Below, in pieces: positions 26,965 to 35,757 of a DNA stretch of 64,000 nt (position 1 is the first letter of the stretch; the number at the start of each line of letters is the position of its first letter). The stretch spans positions 33,916,001 to 33,980,000 of the forward strand of contig CM097885.1 of the NCBI GenBank assembly GCA_044892525.1, written 5' to 3'. The notes beneath the pieces are model-generated. The model had not been told where the DNA came from and ran no database searches. It saw only the letters and a list, made by a program, of their open reading frames with translations. The position numbers and the translations under genes are program-made. This DNA comes from Schmidtea polychroa (Eukaryota).

Positions 26965-28387
26965 TATTTACTTTCATTGATTTCTCTCTATACTTTGTCA
27001 ATCTCCCGAGTCGTTTTACATAAGTTTTAGAATTCATTTTCTACGTACCCTGGGTGTCTGTGATGTTCGCCTATTTTGCAAAGTTTTTCACTGCCTTTTA
27101 ACTTAGTTCTCGTGCCTTTGTCACGAAGATTTTATTTCGATTTGTTTTTGCTCTATTTTTGTACCGTGATTTTATTTTTTCGCAGTTATTCTCGATTGTC
27201 TTTGGTTCAGATTTATTTTTCGAGTTACCAGCAAGCTTAGTTCTTGTTTTTGTTCTTTTACTTAACGCTTTTGTTCATTTTGTTCATTTCTATTCGTGAT
27301 GTTTCGATGTCTTTTCTTGTCTTTACTTTCTTTTACTTTCAGTAGAATCTGTTGACTCGCTCGGTTTCGTCTGGTAAACTCATCTCTTTATCTATAATGT
27401 TGTTCGTCTCAGATTCACATTTGCAGAAGCTAAGACATGGTTATCATTTGCTTTATTTATCGTTTGGTACTTTGTTATCTGTCGAGTTTTATCGTATTTT
27501 TCATTTGGATGTTTATTCAATCGTTTTTATGGTTTGGTATTTCCATTTTACCGATGCATTTAACATCCTTGGGTACTCTACCCTTGGGTTGGTATGCGTA
27601 GAAGGTATTACCTGTAGAGTATAATTGGTTTAAATAGTCCTTATCATACACTGTATGTATCGACAACTCAATACCAGAATCATATATAGCTTGCTTTTTC
27701 CTAAACCCCCTAATCCATACATTCTTATATATCATTTGCATATAATCATTCATACCATTACATATTCATTTATCAGTATATTCTCAAAAAGTTCCCCTTC
27801 TAAAGCCGCTATCATTCCCTCGGTTTATCCATTCACTAATCAACGTAATAACAATTAACATTTAATAATTCATTGACATAAATATTATCAAGAGCCTGCA
27901 TAACCAATCCTCAACCAATTGCTGGCCCATCATTCAACCATTCAACCAAACAAGGACACATTATCAAGGAGAAGACTTATTTATTTTCATAAAATTAGCT
28001 TATCTTACTTATCCTATTGTCAAACCTTGAATTTACTGAAATCCGGATGTAACGATATTCATACATTATTCTTTTGTTCTGGGTGTATCCAACCATTTTT
28101 AGCAAAGAACATTCCGTCTATCTTCGAAATAGAGTAATTTTGTCGAAACCAATTAATTACGATTTGCTACTTCGTATGATTTATAATTTCCTAATAAATT
28201 CCTATATGCACTGCTAGCAATTTCCTCGAAACAGATTATTAATTCCATACACACGATAATTGATTTTTGATTACGCCTAAGATTTATTTGCAAACCACAG
28301 CCTGTAACACAATATCATGATTTTATAGGAGTCAATAATGCACAATTCGATCAAGCTCCAATTACGAGCACTCGATGTATAGAAGCG

Positions 28388-29905
28388 AGTAGGTAGATAG
28401 TGGCCTACGGGAACAATTACCCCCCCCCCGGGGGGGGGGGGGGGTTTGTTCCCAAATTTTTATTACGCAATTGTTCCCAACTCATTTTTTTGCTTTCAGG
28501 GATTTTTGGTCCAAATTTTTTTTTATCACACTATAGTGAGAGGGTCTTGATGGTCCTGGGAATTTCTATACAAAAATCCGACTATCAATAAAAAAGTCAA
28601 GGATTATTCACACTATAGTGAGGGGGTCTCGATGGTCCTGGGATTTTCAATACAAATAAAATTTTTTCTATACAAAAATCCGACTATCAATAAAAAAGTC
28701 AAGGATTATTCACACTATAGTGAGGGGGTCTCGATGGTCCTGGGATTTTCAATACAAATAAAATTTTTTCAATACAAAAATCCGACTACCACTAAAAAAG
28801 CCAAGGATTATTCACACTATAGTGAGGGGGTCTCGATGGTCCTGGGATTTTCAATACAAAAAATTTTTTTCAATACAAAAAGCTGGTCTACACTAAAAAA
28901 GCCAAGGAATTTTCAGACTATAGTGAGGAGGTCTCGATGGTCCTGAGAAATAGGTGGTCTACACTAAAAAACGTGGTAAATTTTTCAATTACAGTAAATT
29001 ACGGTCCAAATTTTTCAATTAAAGTAAATAATGGTTCTAAAAATTAAATTAAAGTTAATTATGGCTCAAATTTTTCAAATAAGGTAATTATGGTTCTAAA
29101 AAATTAAATTAAAGTTAATTATGGCTCAAATTTTTTAATTAAAGTAAATAATGGTTCTAAAAATTAAATTAAAGTAAATTATGGTTCTAAAATATTAAAT
29201 TACAGTAAATTATGGTCCAGATTTTTCAATTAAAGTAAATAATGGTTCTAAAAATTAAATTAAAGTTAATTATGGCTCAAATTTTTCAATTACAGTAAAT
29301 AATGGTTCTAAAAATTAAATTAAAGTAAATTAAGGTTCTAAAAAATTAAATTAAAGTTAATTAAGGTCTAAATTTAAAATTAAGTAATCAATGGTAAAAA
29401 ATTTTAAATAAGTAATAATTTTTAAATAAGTAAATTAAAGTAATAATTTTTAAATAAGTAAATTAAAGTAATGTAATAAGTAAATTAAAGTAAGATTTTA
29501 AAATTTATTAACAAAAAGTTGAAGGTGTTTGAGAATTGAAATTTTTTAATGGAAATTTTTATGAAATATTTTTTTAAGTAATTTTTAATGGAAATTTTTA
29601 TGAAATATTTTTTTAAGTAATTTTTAATGGAAATTTTTATGAAATATTTTTTTAGGTAATTTTTAATGGATATTTTTATGAAATATTTTTTTTAAGTAAT
29701 TTTTAATGGAAATTTTTATGAAATAATTTTTTAAGTAATTTTTAATGGAAATTTTTATGAAATATTTTTTTAGGTAATTTTTAATGGAAATTTTTATGAA
29801 ATAATTTTTTAAGTAATTTTTAATGGAAATTTTTATGAAATATTTTTCAATGATAATTTTAGATGGAAATTTTTAAGATAACTTTTAATGAAAATTTTAA
29901 CGAAA

Positions 29906-29946
<41 letters not shown>

Positions 29947-30025
29947 TATCAACCAAATACATAAAAATGAACTAGACACATAAAACACAAACAATTAACA
30001 AATGTAAAGATATAAAATTTATTCA
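28388..30025 (+). repeat. Left TIR of the Polinton, with internal tandem arrays
   Basis: Reverse complement of 44526-46320 apart from array copy number. Contains a C10G15 tract, ~102-bp units with CACTATAGTG, ~29-bp and ~39-bp AT-rich arrays, and (AAT)n. Confidence 0.95.
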
Positions 30026-30366
30026 TCCAATATTTGCTTGTAATAAGCTCTTCTTAATTCTGCTAGTAAAATATGAACAACTTCTTTCATCTTATATTCT
30101 TGGCAGCATCTACATCTAAACGGACATGGTAATTTCATCGGATCCATACATACTTCACAATCGTCTATGCATTTAAATCTTGATTCTTGTACAGATTCGA
30201 AATGTCTTCGTATAAGTTCTTCTATATTGATCCCAGTTAATTGCTTGATTCTATAAGCTAATAATTCCGGAGCACAATATGAAAGTCTGTTCTTTATATT
30301 CGGGAACAATTCTTCCATCTTCGTTAATATAGTCTGGAATATGTAAGCTTGCTTATCGTCATCCAT
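30019..30366 (-). CDS. Polinton accessory protein of unknown function, 115 aa, with a Cys cluster
   Basis: ATG in an AAAAATG context; C-IDD-C-EV-C..C-PFR-C-R-CC. The stop codon overlaps an AATAAA at the TIR edge. Confidence 0.7.
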   Translation of the reverse strand: MDDDKQAYIFQTILTKMEELFPNIKNRLSYCAPELLAYRIKQLTGINIEELIRRHFESVQESRFKCIDDCEVCMDPMKLPCPFRCRCCQEYKMKEVVHILLAELRRAYYKQILDE

Positions 30367-30429
30367 TTTTGAATTTTTGTTATTGTAGATATTCAGTTAA
30401 TTTAAACACAATTAATTAAATTAATTTAA

Positions 30430-30906
30430 TTAACTTAATAAATATTCCAATATTTCTTCATTTGTTGTGATATTTATAGTTAATGATTTAATGAATTTCT
30501 GAATTTCTTGAATTTGATTAAAATAATCAAATGTTTTAATCCCTAATATAACAACTTTCCCACTTGAAAAAACATTTACACATAGGGGGTTATACTTGAG
30601 AATACGTAAAGCTGGAAATATTTCAGGCTCGTAGTAACTATCGGTTTTCCTTGACAATGCATTTAAATCAATGCATGTACCCATATCTAGCGTTAATGTA
30701 ATTGATTGGATTTGTAAATCTTGAATCTGATATTTGAGATCGCCTTCCTGTAATGGTTTCTTACATCCCATTATCCTACATTTCCCGCTCTTGAAGAATA
30801 AAATTGGATATTTTCCACTTCTGTCCACGACATGTTGAGGTTTTCCTGATGGAAACTTCATTCCATTAACTACACATCTTCCTCTATAATTAATGTTGCT
30901 GATCAT
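30430..30906 (-). CDS. TATA-binding-protein (TBP)-like protein, about 158 aa from ATG 30906
   Basis: Two TBP-type repeats: ISNIN..ILFFKSGKCRIMGCK and IQSITLTLDM..IDLNAL..YEPEIFPAL..VNVFSSGKVVILGIK. Canonical TBP has LQNIV..ALIFSSGKMVCTGAK and IQNMV..YEPELFPGL..LLIFVSGKVVLTGAK. Confidence 0.9.
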   Translation of the reverse strand: MISNINYRGRCVVNGMKFPSGKPQHVVDRSGKYPILFFKSGKCRIMGCKKPLQEGDLKYQIQDLQIQSITLTLDMGTCIDLNALSRKTDSYYEPEIFPALRILKYNPLCVNVFSSGKVVILGIKTFDYFNQIQEIQKFIKSLTINITTNEEILEYLLS

Positions 30907-30956
30907 TCTAATTATTGTAATTATAAACAAATTAAATAAAATAATTTAATTAAAAA

Positions 30957-31580
30957 ATGGAATTAAGAAATGACGCAGTATATCAAATAGTTGGACCTAG
31001 TGGAAGCGGGAAAACTTTATTTGTATGTAATTTATTACAATCAAACATGTTTAAATCTAAATTTAATAAAATATATTGGCATCGAGGTGCAGATGAAGAA
31101 CATGGATTGACTCAAAACAGTTTCTGTAAATTAAAAATGACAATAATTAAAGGATTTGATAAAAATTGGTCATCTAGATTACGTCAAGGTGATGTTATTA
31201 TTATCGATGATCTGTACCAGGAAGCAAATAAAGAAAAAGATTTTAATAATTTATTTACAAAAATCAGTAGACATTGTGGAGTTACAGTTATTTTCATTAC
31301 ACAAAATCTTTTTCATCAAGGTGGAAGTCATAGAACACGTAATTTAAATGTCCAATATTTAATTATTTTCAAAAATCCTAGAGATCAAACAATAATAGAT
31401 TTTCTTGCAAGACAAGCTTATCCAAATAATAGAAAATTTTTGATTGATTCATTCCAAGATGCAACAAAAATTCCTCATGGATATTTATTTTTTGATTTTA
31501 CACAACAATGTCCAGATGATATGCGTATTAGAACTGATATTTTTAATATAAACGGTGTTACGATTTATAAACAAAACTAA
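30957..31580 (+). CDS. DNA packaging ATPase (A32/FtsK-HerA-like)
   Basis: Walker A GPSGSGKT, Walker B IIIDD, SRH arginine motif, ITQNLF, FKNPRD and the GYL..D motif typical of Polinton ATPases. Confidence 0.95.
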   Translation: MELRNDAVYQIVGPSGSGKTLFVCNLLQSNMFKSKFNKIYWHRGADEEHGLTQNSFCKLKMTIIKGFDKNWSSRLRQGDVIIIDDLYQEANKEKDFNNLFTKISRHCGVTVIFITQNLFHQGGSHRTRNLNVQYLIIFKNPRDQTIIDFLARQAYPNNRKFLIDSFQDATKIPHGYLFFDFTQQCPDDMRIRTDIFNINGVTIYKQN

Positions 31581-31599
31581 AAACTAAATAAAATTAATC

Positions 31600-31752
31600 A
31601 TGTCATTTAAAAAAGTAGTTGTTAAAAATCTTCCAAGTGTTTTGAAGAAAATTACCAAGAAAACAAAACGTACAAAGAAAACAAAAAGTGGATCAAAAGG
31701 TACAAAAACTACAAAAACTAAGAAACAAATCAAGAAGTGGATCAAATTATAA
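31600..31752 (+). CDS. Small Lys/Thr-rich basic protein, 50 aa, putative DNA-condensing core protein; not in the ORF track
   Basis: MSFKKVVVKNLPSVLKKITKKTKRTKKTKSGSKGTKTTKTKKQIKKWIKL*. It fills the gap between the ATPase and the next gene. Confidence 0.65.
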   Translation: MSFKKVVVKNLPSVLKKITKKTKRTKKTKSGSKGTKTTKTKKQIKKWIKL

Positions 31753-31781
31753 ACAAACCGTCGCGTAAATTAATAATAATA

Positions 31782-32108
31782 ATGAAATTTGAACGGAGCT
31801 TACCATATTTTAATGCTTTAATAAAGGCACCAAATTCGAAACGAATATCAATTTTACAGTCTTTTCCATCATTTGTTATTGATGATTTACTTGAAGTTAT
31901 TATAAATGTTGTCCGCGGTAATGTAAATATAACTAAAGCTAAAAGATTAGTATTGCAAAGACATAAAAGATCACTTTTATCTCTAGTTGATACAAAAAAT
32001 CGTCGTCTAATGAGAAAGATAATATATAAACAAAAAGGAGGGTTCTTGGGTGCACTAATTCCTATAGTCTTATCTGCAATTAGTGCAATCTCATCATTAA
32101 GTTCTTAA
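31782..32108 (+). CDS. Conserved small Polinton protein (PW-like) with QKGG and a C-terminal amphipathic/hydrophobic peptide
   Basis: E.I.NV..GN......K..L..HK..L..L and QKGGFLGALIPIVLSAI, a pattern I recognise from animal Polintons. The family name is from memory. Confidence 0.75.
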   Translation: MKFERSLPYFNALIKAPNSKRISILQSFPSFVIDDLLEVIINVVRGNVNITKAKRLVLQRHKRSLLSLVDTKNRRLMRKIIYKQKGGFLGALIPIVLSAISAISSLSS

Positions 32109-32362
32109 TGGGTATCAAGAGTTCATTACCAAATAAAAATATTGTAGATTTTAATATTTTGACAACTTGTTGTAATAATGAAGGAAACGTATCACAAAAC
32201 CAACACAAAAGTGGAAAAAATGAAAACAAAAGTGAAAACAAATGTGAAAACAAAAGTGAAAAAAGTGAAAACAATAGAGAAAAAGTTAAAAACCATATGG
32301 ACAAACCCAAAAGATCCAGATGGTTTTGGTGGCGTAGAAAAATTAACAAAACGAGTGAATAA
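32108..32362 (+). CDS. Putative overprinted myristoylated protein, 84 aa, overlapping the integrase 5' end
   Basis: ATG overlaps the upstream stop (TAATG). It starts MGIKSS (MGxxxS), has CC at residues 21-22 and a basic/aromatic C-terminus. Confidence 0.45.
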   Translation: MGIKSSLPNKNIVDFNILTTCCNNEGNVSQNQHKSGKNENKSENKCENKSEKSENNREKVKNHMDKPKRSRWFWWRRKINKTSE

Positions 32363-33326
32363 TTCAAAGAAAGAAACTCAGAAATGGTTATCTAATCAAT
32401 TAGCATATAGTTTAAATAAACCAATGTTGAAACGTTTTCCAACAAGACCATACAAAACAATTGGAAACAATGATGTATGGCAAATGGATTTGATGGAAAT
32501 GATACCTTATTCAAAAATTAACAAGGGGTACAAATATATTCTGACTTGTATAGATGTTTTTAATAGATATGCTCGTGCTGTTCCTACAAAAACTAAATCT
32601 GCAAATGAAATGGCTGATGCGATAAAAGAAATGTTTGCAGATGGTAAACCTATTAATTTACAAACGGATTTAGGTAATTAAATTTAATTAATTAATTTTT
32701 AAATATATGATTTAGGTAAAGAATTTTATAACAGCAAAGTTAAAGAGGTTATCAAAGGAATAAACCATTACTCGGTATTTTCTCAGTTCAAAGCTGCTCA
32801 CGTAGAACGATTTAATCGAACTTTAAGAGAACGCTTGAAAAAATATTTTGTATATCAAGGTAATAAAACTTGGATAAATGTTTTGCCAAAAATTATTTTC
32901 AGTTACAATCATTCACCACACAGAGGATTAAAAGGACAAACACCTGCAGATTTTACTAAAAATCAAACAAAGTCAGAAAAAATCAATAAACCGAAATACA
33001 AGGTTGGTGATCATGTAAGAATTAGTAAAATCAATTCTTCACCATTCATCAAAAACTTTGATAATAATTGGAGTGATGAAGTATATCAAATTTTTAAAAT
33101 CGATACAAAACAGAATCCTGTCATGTATGTGATAGTTGATCATGAAAACAAACCAATCACTGGTAAATTCTATGAACAAGAACTCCAAGTAATTCCTGCT
33201 CCTACAATATTTAGAATTCAAAAGATTTTAAAAACCAAAAAAGATGGTAAATATAAACAATACTATGTTAAATGGCATGGATATGAAACTCCATCTTGGA
33301 TATCTGAAAATCAATTGATTAAATAA
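32178..33326 (+). CDS. int: Retroviral-type (RVE/DDE) integrase with C-terminal chromodomain; exons 32178-32673 and 32716-33326
   Basis: WQMDL, LTCIDVF. Removing the 42-nt GT..AG intron (32674-32715) gives QTDLGKEFYN, followed by KAAHVERFNRTL, YN...H, YKVGDHVRI and the chromo-like YYVKWHGY...SWI. Confidence 0.95.
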
Positions 33327-33331
33327 ATATT

Positions 33332-34357
33332 ATGAAAGATTTTTATATTATTTTACCTTCTAATAGTTGTCCTCTTATTTTCCCCGATAATGAAGCTAGT
33401 AAATTTAATGTCGAATTTCAAAATCCTATTTACTTGGATGGTGAATGGGAAGTAGCTCTCATGGACTTTACCTTTGTGTATAATACTTTTCCTTATTACA
33501 GTAATTCATTGATACAATATGAAAAAGTAAAGATGGATGAAGAAATTAAATATTTTAGAATAAATAATTCAAATCGAACCTTTGAAGTAATAAATCCTAA
33601 AAATACTCCTGAAGTTGACATGTTCATTGAAAGATATGAGAATTTGGTTGTTGTTTGTCCACATGTTCCATTTAAAATAACGTTTCCAGATTTTGAACAT
33701 GCTATTAAATTTGGATTAAAATCAGTATCGGTTATTAGTGATAGTGATCATTTGCGAATTAAATTACCAAAATTTACAGAAGATAAAACAATTGATCAAT
33801 TTGGTATAATTATAAGTGTTGTTGAAAAAACAAAATTTGAACATTATTTCGAAGATGAACTATACATCAATACTTTATCTGAAATACATGGTCAGTTAAT
33901 GACAATTAATCCGTCTCCCTTTAAAGATTTAAAAATACAAAATAATGAATTGGTTAAAATAAGTCTTGCTGATAACATTTCATCAATAACCTTTGATAAA
34001 AATTTAACAAAAACATTGGGATTAAAGAAACAAACATTTACAGAGAAAGAAATTATTGGAACAAAAATTCCAAAGTTATTTAATCATCATCAACAAATGT
34101 TTATTTACTCAAATATTATCGAACCATTGACTGTTGGAGATGTAAGAGTTCCGTTATTGAAATCTATTTGGATAAAAAAATATGAACAAGGAGAAATTGT
34201 GCAACTAGAAATGAAGAATCCAATGTATCTACCAATTTCTAATTCTTCTATAAACAACATTGAAATCAATATACGAGATGATAGTGGAAAATTAATAAAA
34301 TTTAGTAGAGATACAAAAACACACTTGACATTACATTTTCGTAAAATAAATGATTAA
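33332..34357 (+). CDS. Minor capsid (penton-like, single jelly-roll) protein, copy 1
   Basis: FY..LPSNS, N....F....NPI.L.GEWEVAL, FIYSNIIEP..VGD...PLL, P.YLP.....I..IEI.IRD..G and TLHFR motifs of Polinton minor capsid proteins. Confidence 0.88.
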   Translation: MKDFYIILPSNSCPLIFPDNEASKFNVEFQNPIYLDGEWEVALMDFTFVYNTFPYYSNSLIQYEKVKMDEEIKYFRINNSNRTFEVINPKNTPEVDMFIERYENLVVVCPHVPFKITFPDFEHAIKFGLKSVSVISDSDHLRIKLPKFTEDKTIDQFGIIISVVEKTKFEHYFEDELYINTLSEIHGQLMTINPSPFKDLKIQNNELVKISLADNISSITFDKNLTKTLGLKKQTFTEKEIIGTKIPKLFNHHQQMFIYSNIIEPLTVGDVRVPLLKSIWIKKYEQGEIVQLEMKNPMYLPISNSSINNIEINIRDDSGKLIKFSRDTKTHLTLHFRKIND

Positions 34358-35366
34358 AAAAGATTTTTATGTGAATTTACCTTCTAATAGTTGTCCTCAG
34401 ACTCATCCAAATAATGAAGCTGGTAAATTTAATGTCGAATTTCAAAATCCTATTTACTTGGATGGTGAATGGGAAGTAGCTCTCATGGACTTTACCTTTG
34501 TGTATAATTATTTTCCTTTTTACAGTAATTCAAATGTCAAATATAGTAAAAGTGTATTACATACAAGTTATGAATACTTTTACTTTAACCAAGAAAAAAA
34601 TGAATATACAATCAGTCACGACTCTCCATTTTATTTAATATATATTGATGGAAATACATTGAACATTAATTGTAAATATTTTCCTTTTAAAGTAGAATTC
34701 GATAGTATTAAAGAAGCGCAGAAATTGGGATTTTCAGAAAAAGAAATAACTTTTAAAAAAGCCTTGAACCAAATCACTATTCCTCCAAATAATCGAAAAA
34801 TAAAGTTTGATACAATTCGACTAACTATACAATATTATTACGATGTCGAGTATACAGATACATTCGAAGAAAATATCATTACAGATCTTTCACAAATAAA
34901 TGATCAACTATCACTCTTTTATCCTCGTCCATTTAAATCTGTTGATATTCAAAAAGGAAAAATCGTTAAAATTGTAATGGATGATGATGTCAGTAAAGTT
35001 CAATTTAGTAAATTTTTAGCCAATAGTTTAGGATTATTAGAAGAAGCATATACTGACAAACTTATTATCGGTTTTAAAGAACCTGAAGTATTACAACGCA
35101 ATCAACAATTGATGATCTATACAAATATTATCGAACCTATTATTGTTGGTGATACATTGGTCCCTCTTTTGAAATGTATTTGGGTGGAAAAACATAAAAA
35201 AGATGATTTAGTACAAATAATTGAAAAGAATCCAATGTACTTACCTGTATCGTCTTCATATATAAACAATATAGAAATCAATATACGAGATGATAGTGGA
35301 AAATATATATTTGGAAAAGAAGATAAAACATACTTGACATTACATTTTCGTAAAATAAATGAGTAA
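34350..35366 (+). CDS. Minor capsid (penton-like) protein, copy 2
   Basis: Same N- and C-terminal motifs as copy 1, with a divergent middle. Confidence 0.88.
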   Translation: MIKKDFYVNLPSNSCPQTHPNNEAGKFNVEFQNPIYLDGEWEVALMDFTFVYNYFPFYSNSNVKYSKSVLHTSYEYFYFNQEKNEYTISHDSPFYLIYIDGNTLNINCKYFPFKVEFDSIKEAQKLGFSEKEITFKKALNQITIPPNNRKIKFDTIRLTIQYYYDVEYTDTFEENIITDLSQINDQLSLFYPRPFKSVDIQKGKIVKIVMDDDVSKVQFSKFLANSLGLLEEAYTDKLIIGFKEPEVLQRNQQLMIYTNIIEPIIVGDTLVPLLKCIWVEKHKKDDLVQIIEKNPMYLPVSSSYINNIEINIRDDSGKYIFGKEDKTYLTLHFRKINE

Positions 35367-35757
35367 TCCTGACATAATACATTTTTATAGTAGTAACCAA
35401 TCGGGTGGTGATTTACCATATTTTGTTGGTAAACAATATGGAACCGGTTGGTTGAAGACAATAGGTAGATTTGCACTCCCAATTCTTAGACGAATAGGAA
35501 ATTTTGGTATGAAAACAGCTAATGACGTAATAAATAACAATGCAAATATCTTGCCTGCTTTAAAATCAAATGCAATTTCTGAAATTAAAGAATCATTACC
35601 AGCTGTGATGCAACATTTACCTGAAGTAATTAATAAAGTATCCGATGTATTTAAAAATGATAAAGAACAAAAAGGCGGAATACTTAAACGCCGAAAAATT
35701 ATGAAGAAACATATAAACAAAAGAATGAAAGGATATGGTACCATCTTTGAAAAATGA
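35359..35757 (+). CDS. Small Polinton core-like protein with multiple Gly-containing protease-site motifs
   Basis: Y..NQSGG..YF.G.QYGTGWLK.I.R...PIL amphipathic segment, QKGG and a basic tail ending GTIF. It lies between mCP and MCP. Confidence 0.75.
   Translation: MSNPDIIHFYSSNQSGGDLPYFVGKQYGTGWLKTIGRFALPILRRIGNFGMKTANDVINNNANILPALKSNAISEIKESLPAVMQHLPEVINKVSDVFKNDKEQKGGILKRRKIMKKHINKRMKGYGTIFEK

Noticed and set aside
28529..28945. CACTATAG resembles T7/SP6 promoter ends, and the regular repeats could suggest a CRISPR array
   Set aside because: The upstream promoter bases (TAATACGACT / ATTTAGGTGA) are absent, the spacers are themselves repeated, there are no cas genes, and the array is part of a eukaryotic TIR.
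28400..28946. ORFs in the TIRs (also 44525-44788 and 45875-46078)
   Set aside because: They derive from homopolymer, trinucleotide and tandem repeats.
30430..30906. TBP-like ORF as the host TBP gene
   Set aside because: It is intronless, highly divergent, shortened in repeat 1 and lies inside the Polinton TIRs.
32178..33326. Integrase as a broken pseudogene (two ORFs)
   Set aside because: A 42-nt GT-AG intron restores the conserved QTDxGKEF motif in frame.
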